Shown in pieces: positions 46,312 to 55,913 of a stretch of 64,000 nucleotides of DNA. Each line of letters opens with the position of its first letter. Within the stretch, counting starts at the first letter, position 1. The notes under the pieces are model-generated. The model ran no database searches, was not told where the DNA came from, and saw only the letters and a program-made list of their open reading frames with translations. The stretch lies in assembly GCA_964410125.1 (NCBI GenBank), contig CAYPGQ010000014.1, positions 938 to 64,937 on the forward strand. Direction: 5' to 3'. Source of the DNA: an uncultured Eubacteriales bacterium. GTDB taxonomy: Bacteria > Acidobacteriota > Aminicenantia > Aminicenantales > Aminicenantaceae. Made by a program: the position numbers and the translations under genes.

Positions 46312-46887
46312 TTATTGCTTTTTTCTATAATCCAGGATTATTTCCGCTGCGAGGCCGGCCGCAGCAGCACAGACACTCGGGCATTTGTCAAGCCCGCCTT
46401 CCCTGTACCATGCATCCCGGTCTTCCTCTTCGAAGAAGTTGTACTTACGACCAAGAAGCTTTTCCTGGATTTCGGAACATTTTACTGTATCGTATAAGTT
46501 CTTAAATTTGCCGAATAGTTCTCGTGATACCCGCATTGTTTCCGTGTACCTATCAAACAGGGACATATCTTCGGAACCGAACTCCAGCCCCAAAGCCATG
46601 ATCCCCCCAATAAGCCCTCCACAGGTTTCTCCCATTCGGGCAACGCCTGCAGCCAGCGCCGTGCTGGCCTTGATACACTCCTTAAAGCCTTCTTCTGAAG
46701 TTAAACATAGATGTTCGTTGATCGCCGCCAGAACACTCCGGGCGCATCCTTCATAGGCACGATCGTTATTGTAGGCGGATATGTAAACTGCATCTATGAG
46801 TTTAACCTTGCTTCCGGGGGACACATCACGGGTAAGGTAAATGGAGCTATTTCTTTCCAGTTGACTGATTAAACCTTTTACGCTCAT
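46312..46887 (-). CDS. C_GCAxxG_C_C-family protein
   Basis: It has the characteristic EGCARSVL, ETCGGLIGG and C-terminal CPSVCAAAAG motifs. Confidence 0.6.
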   Translation of the reverse strand: MSVKGLISQLERNSSIYLTRDVSPGSKVKLIDAVYISAYNNDRAYEGCARSVLAAINEHLCLTSEEGFKECIKASTALAAGVARMGETCGGLIGGIMALGLEFGSEDMSLFDRYTETMRVSRELFGKFKNLYDTVKCSEIQEKLLGRKYNFFEEEDRDAWYREGGLDKCPSVCAAAAGLAAEIILDYRKKQ

Positions 46888-46941
46888 CCTTTTTTCCTCC
46901 TATACTGAATGTGGCAGAACGAAACACTAGAATAGGCTTGT

Positions 46942-47736
46942 TTATTTCACCCAGTCCATACCAATCAATTTGCCTATCTCAACATAACTTTTTTCGAGTG
47001 GATATTCCATTGCAAAGGTAGGATTCGACGGCAGTCCCCATGAAGCGTCCAAAATGGCCTTGAGGCCTGCCAGTAACCCACTCAATACATTCACTGGAGC
47101 CGAAAAAATCATACTATAATCGTCGCAACCGGTTCTTCTCAGATCGCCACCGCATGGTATGCTCATTCGCCACTGTGCCTCCTTCAGGGCCGGTACCACG
47201 TAATACACACAGGCTGCGTGACCTGACATGGTCGTGATGATATCTTTTCCGTCTAACCAGTTTTTCGCTAACATTATCTGAGTCATTACTGCAGGAGAAC
47301 CATAGAGAAGCAGGATGTCTGGCTCGAAACCGGCTGCATTCAGCGGGGCAGTGACCACTGCACGATAGCCGGGAAAGTCGAAGCGGGGCATGTTGCGTGC
47401 CCAGATTCCACCCGCCTCCAACGTGCGTGCAGAACCGGGATAGCGATTATGACCTTCCAAGAATCGCTGCGGAGGTTTCACAAATCCCAATCCGACAACC
47501 GGCTCAAAACACCACATGTCCTTTTTGGTCTCAGCAATAGTGAGCCCTCTACGCCGCGTGAGAGCTAAAGCCTGACAAAAAGATAAGTGGTATCCCATAT
47601 CTCTTACCGGCCTTAGCGCATCTTCGGGAATCTCCTCTTCGCTGGTGAGCATTTTCAAGGCAATCGGCCTACTCTGTAACCGCAACAAACTCTCAAGCTC
47701 TTTTGCCTGTTCATGCATTTGTTTTATGTCGAACAT
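46942..47736 (-). CDS. DUF169-like protein
   Basis: The call rests on overall length and the HLSFCQALALTRRRG segment. This is a weak by-eye call. Confidence 0.4.
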   Translation of the reverse strand: MFDIKQMHEQAKELESLLRLQSRPIALKMLTSEEEIPEDALRPVRDMGYHLSFCQALALTRRRGLTIAETKKDMWCFEPVVGLGFVKPPQRFLEGHNRYPGSARTLEAGGIWARNMPRFDFPGYRAVVTAPLNAAGFEPDILLLYGSPAVMTQIMLAKNWLDGKDIITTMSGHAACVYYVVPALKEAQWRMSIPCGGDLRRTGCDDYSMIFSAPVNVLSGLLAGLKAILDASWGLPSNPTFAMEYPLEKSYVEIGKLIGMDWVK

Positions 47737-48096
47737 TTCTGACCTCCGGTATTTATAGCAATGTTAAGGTAAAAACCGTTTTCTTGTAAGACCATTGACT
47801 TGTGAGGAACTAGAAAGCCCTGGATTCGAAAGGACTCAGAAGATTCCCAGCTTGACCTCTTTTTTGAATAACTTTTCTCATGTAAATTATCCTATGTTTT
47901 TGACCTGCCCCTGTCAATGAGATGAGCTGAACCTAAATCATACATATCATGTCTGTTATATACCTTTAAAAAATAAAAGGATTGTATTAATTGACTTAAT
48001 TTTTAAATTTTTATATTTTTCAAATTATAGATCATATATGGCAACAAAGAGGAAAGGGACAGGTCTTTCCCCCAGAAAGTCACAAAAGGAGTCAAT

Positions 48097-49647
48097 ATGG
48101 ATACCGCAAAAAATAACTTCAGTCGGCGAAGATTTTTAGGCCGTTCTCTATTCGCCCTTGCTGGAACAATGGCCGCTTCTTTGCCTGCTCATTCAATTCC
48201 AAAATATCCACATGTCCCTCATGGGGAGAAGGAAAATACTTCTGGGTCTTCACCCAAACCAAAAACCATTCTTATCAAAAACGGCTTCGTCGTCACGATG
48301 GATAGCAGACGATCTGTTTTTCCCCTGGGACAGGTGTTGATTCGAAACGGCAGGATAGCTGAAGTCGGTGAAAAATTGAAGGAGACGGCCAAACCCGACC
48401 TGACACTTGACGCCAGACAAAAGATGGTTTTGCCGGGATTCGTTAACACACATGCCCATCTCCAGCAATATTTTCGCGGCGTTTATGAACTCATCGGTAA
48501 TTTTTACCAGGTCAATCTTCCTTTAGAGGGATATCGAACACCCGAGGATATGGACACCCTGGGCGCCGCTTCTTGTGCTGAACTCATCTATGGCGGCTGT
48601 ACCACATCATTGATCATCTACACTTATCCTCATGGATTTGCCAAAGCCGTAGACAGAGCCGGCAATCGATGCATATTAGCCGCTGATATTGAGCAGGTCG
48701 ATTTGGATGCACTGAAAAATGGCACTTATAAATACCTGCCGGAAAAAGGCAAAGCCGCATTCCAACGTGCCGTCGACCTGTATCACAATTGGCACGGCCG
48801 GGCCGCCGGCCGTATCACCACCTGTATGTGCCCCAAAGCCGCTGATTTGGTTTTACCGGAAACCTATGCCAAGATTCGGGATTTCGCCGGGAAACACGAT
48901 TTGCGGATCACCACACATCTTTCCCAGACCTCACGGGAATTCAGGCATGTGAAGAAGCTCTATGGTAAAACATCTACCCAGCATCTATTGGATATGGGAT
49001 TACTCAACGAGAAACTCACCGGTGTCCACTGCGATTACATCACGGCGCCGGATCTCCAGCTCATCCTCAAATCAGGCATGGGCATCCTGCACTGTCGATC
49101 CGTGGAAAATCCTTTATTGAGGTGGAAAGATTTGGGAGTACGGATTGGTTTGGGTACTGATGATTACCATCATGACATGCTGCCCTTGTTGCGGGAAAAT
49201 TTATGGGGTCAGTCCAATCGCGCCCGCATTCTGGCCAGCGATGAAAGTGTTTTGGCCGGCAGCCGCGTCACCCGCCGGCCGACTTTTTACAATTTGCTGG
49301 AGATAGCCACCCGCGGCGGCGCCGAAGCCATCGGCATGGACGAGGAGATCGGTTCGTTGGAAACCGGCAAAAAGGCCGATATTCTTACAGTGGATTTAAA
49401 CAATCCCTATTTAACGCCAACCCGCGATCCTATCACCAGTTTTGTGCTCTATGGTTCCAGCCGCGACATCGACAACGTTTTAGTGGACGGTCGTTTTCTG
49501 AAACGTGACGGCCGTTTGACGACGATTGATATGACTGAAACATTGAAGGCCGCTCAGGATAGAGTGGAATACATCATTGATAAATTTTTTAAGGAACATC
49601 CGGAACAAAAGAAAGCATGGGAAAGTAAAGTTCCGTATCGCCTATGA
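48097..49647 (+). CDS. Amidohydrolase-superfamily deaminase/chlorohydrolase-like enzyme with Tat signal
   Basis: It has an SRRRFLG twin-arginine signal, LPGFVNTHAHL metal-binding HxH and a later GTDD motif. Confidence 0.75.
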   Translation: MDTAKNNFSRRRFLGRSLFALAGTMAASLPAHSIPKYPHVPHGEKENTSGSSPKPKTILIKNGFVVTMDSRRSVFPLGQVLIRNGRIAEVGEKLKETAKPDLTLDARQKMVLPGFVNTHAHLQQYFRGVYELIGNFYQVNLPLEGYRTPEDMDTLGAASCAELIYGGCTTSLIIYTYPHGFAKAVDRAGNRCILAADIEQVDLDALKNGTYKYLPEKGKAAFQRAVDLYHNWHGRAAGRITTCMCPKAADLVLPETYAKIRDFAGKHDLRITTHLSQTSREFRHVKKLYGKTSTQHLLDMGLLNEKLTGVHCDYITAPDLQLILKSGMGILHCRSVENPLLRWKDLGVRIGLGTDDYHHDMLPLLRENLWGQSNRARILASDESVLAGSRVTRRPTFYNLLEIATRGGAEAIGMDEEIGSLETGKKADILTVDLNNPYLTPTRDPITSFVLYGSSRDIDNVLVDGRFLKRDGRLTTIDMTETLKAAQDRVEYIIDKFFKEHPEQKKAWESKVPYRL

Positions 49648-49907
49648 AATGGTCCGACCCTATTTCCCAATAAAAATCCCCAATTTTAAATCTTGCCATT
49701 GTTTCAGAAGTTTCTTATCTGTTCCCTCACCGAAGCGCTCGTGGTACGGCTTCGGGTAGAAGCGAAGCAGTTTCGCATACCAGTTTCGGTATCGTCGTGT
49801 TGAATATTCATACTTCATAATTCTGTAGCCGTGGCGCTCCTGCATGGAGAGCGCATTGACCTAGTTCTTTCCTATGTGATATGTAAATAGGATAGGAGTG
49901 ATTTCCC

Positions 49908-52900
49908 ATGAAAAAATACTTTGCGTCTGTTTGTGTTTTACTCATTCTTCTTAGTTTAGGCTTGGTAGAGCCTATGTTTGCCCAAACCTATGAAGCCAAG
50001 ATGTTTAACGCCTTAACTTGGCGTAACATTGGCCCCAATCGCGGGGGGCGGTCGATTGCCTGTGCGGGAAGCACCAAGCGGCTTTTTGAGTATTATTTTG
50101 GTGCTTGTGGAGGAGGCCTGTGGAAGACTACGGATGGTGGAATAAATTGGACGCCAGTAACCGACGGCCAGATTCGATCATCCTCGGTTGGGGCTGTGGC
50201 TGTGTCTGAATCCAATCCGGATATTGTTTATATCGGTATGGGTGAGCATGCCTTGCGCGGCAATATCATGCAGGGGGATGGCGTATATAAATCCACTGAT
50301 GCAGGCAAGACCTGGGTCCAAATGGGATTGGATGACACCCAGGTGATTTCCAAAATTTGCATCCACCCTGAGAATCCTGATATTGTCTATGTCGGTGCAT
50401 TAGGTCATGTGGCTGGCCCCAATGATGATCGCGGTGTTTTTCGTTCTCAAGACGGTGGACAGACATGGAAGAAGGTGTTGTTTCGCAGCGATAAAGCAGG
50501 GGTGATAGATCTAACCATGGATCCCCATAATCCCAATGTGTTGTTTGCTGCCATCTGGGAGTGTTTTCGCAAGTCATATAAAATGTCCTCGGGAGGACCG
50601 GATTCCGGCCTGTTCAAATCGACCGATGGGGGAAACACATGGGTGGAAATCACCCGCAATCCAGGACTTCCTTCGGGTGTTATTGGAAAAATCGGAGTTG
50701 CAATTTCCCCGGCAGATTCCAACCGGGTTTATGCCATCGTGGAAAATGACAATGGCGGAGTTTTTCGATCTGAGAATCTTGGTAAAACCTGGGCCAAGGT
50801 TAATGAAGACCGCAGACTGCGTCAGCGCGCTTTTTACTACTCACACATCTATGCAGATCCTCTGGATGCAGACACCATGTATGTCTTAAACACCGGATTT
50901 TATAAATCAAGCGATGGAGGCAAGACCTACTCCACTATCCGTGTTCCCCATGGAGACAATCAGGATCTATGGATCGCTATGGATGATCCCAAACGTATGA
51001 TCAATTCCAATGACGGTGGAGGCAATGTTTCGGTCAATGGCGGAGAAACCTGGACCATGCAGGATTATCCCACTGCTCAGCTTTATCATATAATCACCAC
51101 CAAGGATATTCCCTATCATGTGTGTGGTGCCCAACAAGACAATTCCACCATGGCTGTCTCCAGCGAGCCGGGTGGATGGGGCAGCCCCTTTCCTCGTAGT
51201 GCTGTGGGCAATATTGGTGCCCTCTATTCTGTTGGAGGCGGAGAAAGCGGATATATCACCCAGCATCCTACTGACTTGGATCTGTTTTATGCTGGCAGTC
51301 AGGGGGCGCTGTTGACAAAATACAATCGTAAAACCGGGTATACTCGCGACATCCAACCCTATCCACGTATGTTTTCTGGTGAACCAGCATCAGAGCTTCC
51401 AGAACGGTGGCAGTGGACCTTTCCCATTGTATTCTCTCCCCATGATCCGAATGTGTTGTACTGTTGTTCGCAACATGTGTGGAAAACCACTAATGATGGT
51501 CAGAGTTGGACCCGAATCAGCCCGGACCTGACTGAAGCCGATCCCGTAACTCTAGGGGAGACCGGTGGCCCTATCACACATGATATGAACGGCCCTGAGA
51601 TTTATGGGACTGTTTTTGCTCTGGCTTCCTCTAAACTCGAGCGAGGTCTCATCTGGGCAGGATCAGATGATGGCCTTCTGCACATAACAAGGGACGAAGG
51701 CCAAAACTGGGAAAACATCACTCCTCCGGATCTGCCGCGGCTCATACGGGTGAGCATTATCGATGCTTCTACGCATGATCCGGCAACTGCCTATTTCTGC
51801 GCTAAAAACTATCTGCTGGATGACCGGGCGCCCTACATCTACAAGACCCATGATTATGGGAAAACCTGGATCAAAATCGTCGAAGGTATCCGTGCCGATG
51901 ATTATGTCCATTCCGTCCGGGAGGATCCTATCCGGCGGGGGCTATTGTATGCCGGAACCGAACATGGAGTTTGGGTATCTTTTGATGATGGAGAAAATTG
52001 GCAGTCTTTGTCCCTTAATCTGCCGGATTGTCAGGTGTCGGATTTAGTGGTTGAAAAAGATGATTTGGTCGCAGGAACCCATGGACGTTCGGTCTATGTT
52101 CTTGACGATATCTGGCCCTTGAGGGAGATGCAGCTGGAGATCCTGCAGAAGAGCGTTTATCTTTTTAAACCCAGACCAACCTATCGATCCCTGAACCAGG
52201 CCGTTGTCGACTATTATCTGGATTCTCCGTGTGACAAAGTGACCCTTGAATTCCTGGATACACAAGGCCAAGTGATTGCTGCTTTTACTGGTACACCGGA
52301 GGATGACAAGATGCAAGCGCCAACTACCGGACGGCGCCGCAGGCCTCGTATGATTCCCACCAGAAAAGAGGGATTAAACCGGTTTACCTGGGATGCGCGT
52401 TACCCTGGAGCTATCGCCTTTCCAGGCATGATCATGTGGGGTGGATCCACCAATGGACCAAAAGCGGTTCCTGGAACCTATCAAGTGCAGTTGACAGCTA
52501 ATGGGGAAAAGCAAACGCAATCCTTCCAGATTCATATGGATCCCAGGTTGACAGGTGTTACCCAAGCTGATCTGGAAGAACAGTTCGATTTTTTGATCAA
52601 AGTCAGGGATAAAGTCAGTGAAGCCAACGATGCGGTCATCCTTATCCGCAAGACAAAAAAACAGATGAATGCGAGGATGAAGGCGGCCTCGGATGCTGAG
52701 CTGAATAAAGCTGGAAAGACTTTGATCAAAGCTCTCAGTCTTGTTGAAGCAGAAATCTATCAAGTAAAAAACCAGAGCTCACAAGATCCATTGAACTTTC
52801 CCATAAAACTCAATGATAAGATCGCTTCACTCACCAGCCATGCAGGAATGGGCGATAGTCGCCCTACTGACGGGGCTTATGAAATATTTGAAGATCTATC

Positions 52901-53018
52901 CAAAGAATTGCAGTCTGAACTCGATAAAATGAATAAGTTGTTAAATAATGACCTGCCGAAATTTAACACCCTACTTAAAGCCAACAATCTGGAACCGGTG
53001 AAAAAGGAGGAATTATGA
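49908..53018 (+). CDS. Sortilin/VPS10-like BNR repeat beta-propeller protein, secreted
   Basis: It has a signal peptide and many Asp-box motifs (TTDGGINW, STDAGKTW, SQDGGQTW, STDGGNTW, SSDGGKTY, TNDGQSW). Confidence 0.8.
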   Translation: MKKYFASVCVLLILLSLGLVEPMFAQTYEAKMFNALTWRNIGPNRGGRSIACAGSTKRLFEYYFGACGGGLWKTTDGGINWTPVTDGQIRSSSVGAVAVSESNPDIVYIGMGEHALRGNIMQGDGVYKSTDAGKTWVQMGLDDTQVISKICIHPENPDIVYVGALGHVAGPNDDRGVFRSQDGGQTWKKVLFRSDKAGVIDLTMDPHNPNVLFAAIWECFRKSYKMSSGGPDSGLFKSTDGGNTWVEITRNPGLPSGVIGKIGVAISPADSNRVYAIVENDNGGVFRSENLGKTWAKVNEDRRLRQRAFYYSHIYADPLDADTMYVLNTGFYKSSDGGKTYSTIRVPHGDNQDLWIAMDDPKRMINSNDGGGNVSVNGGETWTMQDYPTAQLYHIITTKDIPYHVCGAQQDNSTMAVSSEPGGWGSPFPRSAVGNIGALYSVGGGESGYITQHPTDLDLFYAGSQGALLTKYNRKTGYTRDIQPYPRMFSGEPASELPERWQWTFPIVFSPHDPNVLYCCSQHVWKTTNDGQSWTRISPDLTEADPVTLGETGGPITHDMNGPEIYGTVFALASSKLERGLIWAGSDDGLLHITRDEGQNWENITPPDLPRLIRVSIIDASTHDPATAYFCAKNYLLDDRAPYIYKTHDYGKTWIKIVEGIRADDYVHSVREDPIRRGLLYAGTEHGVWVSFDDGENWQSLSLNLPDCQVSDLVVEKDDLVAGTHGRSVYVLDDIWPLREMQLEILQKSVYLFKPRPTYRSLNQAVVDYYLDSPCDKVTLEFLDTQGQVIAAFTGTPEDDKMQAPTTGRRRRPRMIPTRKEGLNRFTWDARYPGAIAFPGMIMWGGSTNGPKAVPGTYQVQLTANGEKQTQSFQIHMDPRLTGVTQADLEEQFDFLIKVRDKVSEANDAVILIRKTKKQMNARMKAASDAELNKAGKTLIKALSLVEAEIYQVKNQSSQDPLNFPIKLNDKIASLTSHAGMGDSRPTDGAYEIFEDLSKELQSELDKMNKLLNNDLPKFNTLLKANNLEPVKKEEL

Positions 53019-53088
53019 AACGGCCTAGTTTTACTGCTCTTTTTTTTCTCCTTTTCCTTAGACCCGCTTGGCGCTCTGCAAAATAATC

Positions 53089-53616
53089 CTAAACACCTTC
53101 TTCAGCAGCAGCAATAGCAGGCTCAAGATTACTCGCCCAGGTACGCTTTCCAAACCGCTGATGAAGTTCCCATAAGCTCTGCACTGTGCCTCCAATGGAA
53201 ACCCGGGATGAAAGGGTGGCATTTGTACTTTTTCCTCTTGAAGCCAGAGGCCGTTCTCCATCTCCGTTGTAAGCAAGATAACTGTTGGCGGCAGCATCAT
53301 AGTATACGCCCGAGAGTGCTCCCCAGCAAGAAACCTGGTGTGGCTCAGTCACTTGTTGCAGAAATGCAGCAGTAATGGCTGCATCAACTGCATTGCCTCC
53401 ATCTCTAAGAGCCTGAAGTGCGGCTTCTGTTGCAATCATGGATTGGGTGCAGACCATAACTTTTTTTCCCTCTGCAACAGTTTTGGGCCCGGAATTGAGC
53501 CTGTGATCCCTGGGATCTTCCGGCACTTTTTTTGTGGATTGGGATTCTGATAAGGGCGGCATTATCAATAATGCCATAAGAAGAATATTAAATGATAAAG
53601 ACTTAAGATTACGCAT
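53089..53616 (-). pseudogene. Gamma-glutamyltransferase N-terminal fragment
   Basis: The sequence LRDGGNAVDAAITAAF...LHQRFGKRTWASNLEPAIAAAEEG matches the GGT small N-terminal part. It stops after 175 aa, whereas the family is normally more than 500 aa. Confidence 0.6.
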
Positions 53617-53627
53617 GTTTTCCTCCT

Positions 53628-53998
53628 TTATTTAAGTGAACCCCACGGACTTTCATCCAAATCTGAATGTTCATGCGTAAAAATCGTACCCGCAATCTTC
53701 CAGCCCGCATTGGTTTTTAGCAGATTAAATGCCTCTACCCCGCCATGCTCAAACTCTCCGTTTCTAAAAAAATCATAAGCAGTCCAGACTACAGCAATCC
53801 GACCATGGATAAGGACTTTGGATTCCCACATCCGTTCTTTGACATCATTTTTTTTCCAAAAATCCGTCCATTTGCCATAAAAAACGTCAATATTGGAGAC
53901 CTATTTCCTTCAGGCGTAAAGAATGTGACATTATGCGACCGCAGGCGCTCACGAAGCAGGTGGATAAGGTTTATATTGCGCTGCTCAATAGCATCCAT
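53628..53998 (-). pseudogene. NTF2/SnoaL-like protein, frameshifted
   Basis: The N-terminal half is in one frame (53789..53998) and the C-terminal half is in another (open from about 53910 to 53628). Confidence 0.45.
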
Positions 53999-54147
53999 TC
54001 CAATTCGATTGATAAATCAAGAGATACATCCAAACATTATACACTTTCAAAGGCCACCGTACCATATTCGTAACGCCTGGCTGTTTCAACCAAAGGCTTA
54101 CTCCCCATGGTTTCAAGCGAAGTGAAGTCATTCGTACTAGCCCATCC

Positions 54148-54534
54148 TTATCTGTCTGGGGTAATTAAAGGAATCAGGTCTTCTCGAACATATGTAAATC
54201 CAAGACCATTTGGGCCTAACAACCATTTGTATGGAATGCCCGACATAAAATCCACATCTTCATCTTTAACATTAACTTTTATTCCCCCAATTGACTGAGC
54301 TGCATCAACAAACAGGTAACCACCATAGGTATGGACAATATCAGCAAGTTTTTTTCTAACCGCTTCAGTTTTATCCAGCCAGACTCCTAAAATTGTATTT
54401 TCCAAGGGAAATGGCCCAAATTGAAAGCGCGCCTCAAAAAAATTCTCATGAGCGGCTTTAACCTGCTTTGGCATAGGCCCAACAAAGGCCGTATCCATAT
54501 AGGCTCGGAATTTTTTTAAAGGAGGGAAATCCAA
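54148..54534 (-). pseudogene. Class V aminotransferase/cysteine desulfurase-like fragment
   Basis: YLFVDAAQSIG and SGIPYKWLLGPNGLG (PLP-Lys context) are present. The middle and C-terminus are missing. Confidence 0.5.
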
Positions 54535-54722
54535 ACGGAATGAATATACCCCGCTTTTATATATTACAGCTGAAGAATGAGGTCAAATATTGGGTGCTTC
54601 CTTCATTAACTGTTGTTACTGAGTCGAAATCCACGTAAACTTCTTTACTTGGATCCGAATTCCCAAAAAAATGAAAAACTATTTAAATAATAACGTCCCT
54701 ATATATAATGAGGAGGGAGGAA

Positions 54723-54797
54723 ATGATGAAATTAAAAATAATTATAGAACCCAGTGCAGATGAGGGGTATTCAGTCATTGTCCCTTCTTTACCTGGG
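54723..54797 (+). pseudogene. hicB-like 5' fragment fused to small-RNA element
   Basis: It matches 42877..42955 up to CCTGGGTGTA, then continues as the repeat element. Confidence 0.55.
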
Positions 54798-54886
54798 TGT
54801 AAGGCCATTTTTGGCCTTTCGATAAGACGCTTAGCGACTCGTCCCAAACGCATATTAATAATAGTGATTTGATTTCTAAATTTCAA
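54795..54886 (-). ncRNA. Candidate small RNA gene, copy 4 (3'-truncated, no terminator)
   Basis: TTGAAA (54881..54886), a 17-nt spacer and TATTAT (54858..54863) precede a conserved segment that breaks at the CTGGGTGTA junction. Confidence 0.35.
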
Positions 54887-54917
54887 TTAATATCTTGATT
54901 TCAGAAAATCAAGACGT

Positions 54918-55058
54918 CTACCTCATATTCTCAACTAGAGTAACCAAAAACTCTAATTCATCTCCTTCTGGAGTGCTTGGTTCAGCATCCATTAGTTCAT
55001 CAATGCGAGAAAGAGCTATTTGATAGTCTTCCTCAGTTATGATTACTTTTATCGTCAT
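54918..55058 (-). CDS. Short ORF resembling the N-terminal region of HigA/COG5499-type antitoxins (truncated?)
   Basis: The sequence is ITEEDYQIALSRIDELMDAEPSTPEGDELEFLVTLVE. Its start overlaps the brnA stop. There is no HTH part. Confidence 0.3.
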   Translation of the reverse strand: MTIKVIITEEDYQIALSRIDELMDAEPSTPEGDELEFLVTLVENMR

Positions 55059-55324
55059 CATTTTCTTTTTTTTTCATATGCTGATAATTCTTCACGGATC
55101 ACGTGCCGTAAGGTTTCCTCGAGATGTTCTCGTTTTGAATTCATGTGATCTCTCAGAGCCATATTGATAAGAGTTTGGTAATTTCCTCCACCCGCATTAT
55201 GAACCCGCTGCCGGAACCATTCGAGAATATCATCATCAATCCGTATAGTAATACGTGTCTTGCCTTTTGGCGATTGGATTACAGCGCCTTTTTTTCCATT
55301 TTTAAAATCGTATTCTTTTTTCAT
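55058..55324 (-). CDS. brnA: BrnA-type antitoxin (CopG/RHH)
   Basis: The sequence is KGKTRITIRIDDDILEWFRQRVHNAGGGNYQTLINMALRDHM. Confidence 0.7.
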   Translation of the reverse strand: MKKEYDFKNGKKGAVIQSPKGKTRITIRIDDDILEWFRQRVHNAGGGNYQTLINMALRDHMNSKREHLEETLRHVIREELSAYEKKRK

Positions 55325-55328
55325 TATG

Positions 55329-55592
55329 TTAACCTTTATATTGACTTATTTCCCTAGCTGTCGCTTTCCTGGCAGAGATGATTCGAATCCGATCTAGATG
55401 CCATGTATATATAACCACGATTATTAGGCCAAATGCATCCATTCATATAGTAACAAAACGTTCTTCATAAGGATGCTCATCAGTTATTGTGACAGTCCTC
55501 TCATCCTCCCATACTGATACGGTATCTGCAAAGTCTATTCCGTGTTTTTTCATGTTTGAAAGTGCTTTCTTGATATCCCATTCGAATTCCAC
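55329..55592 (-). pseudogene. brnT: BrnT-type toxin with in-frame TGA (55443..55445)
   Basis: After a GTG start it reads EFEWDIKKALSNMKKHGIDFADT...ERFVTI-TGA-MDAFGLIIVVIYTWHLDRIRIISARKAT. The stop sits where family members have Gly. Confidence 0.6.
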
Positions 55593-55713
55593 TTAATCAC
55601 TATATGTACAATTGTGCATACTTGTCAAGTTGAGGTATCGCTTCTCACCTGCCCTATAATTCAACAAGTCAGCCTGAATAGAGTTTTAAGCTCTGGTTCT
55701 AATCAGTAAATTT

Positions 55714-55815
55714 GTGGTAAGGATTCCATCTGAGATTCACAGAAAGCTGGCCATAGAAGCTGAAGAAGAGGGAATTAGCCTCAATCGGCTCGTTAGCATA
55801 AAACTCAGCCGCTAA
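55714..55815 (+). pseudogene. hicB C-terminal (RHH) remnant
   Basis: VVRIPSEIHRKLAIEAEEEGISLNRLVSIKLSR matches the end of 39240..39569. Confidence 0.5.
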
Positions 55816-55913
55816 TGGCATAGTGCTTTGCCTGTGCGAAAATTGTATTGATGTCGAATGTCCTCGAAAAAAACATATGAATTGCGAAATTTAATAAAAA
55901 GGTCGGCTGTATT

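Noticed and set aside
49660-49845. A 61-aa minus-strand ORF with an LLRFYPKPYHERFGEG segment, reminiscent of permease prefix domains that follow PadR regulators.
   Set aside because: It is isolated, with no downstream permease or upstream PadR at this site. It could be a remnant or could be spurious.
55443-55445. The in-frame TGA in brnT as evidence for UGA-to-Gly recoding (genetic code 25).
   Set aside because: Many well-supported genes in the window terminate with TGA at the expected protein ends (e.g. 17949..19241, 55058..55324 and padR). A nonsense mutation is the simpler reading.
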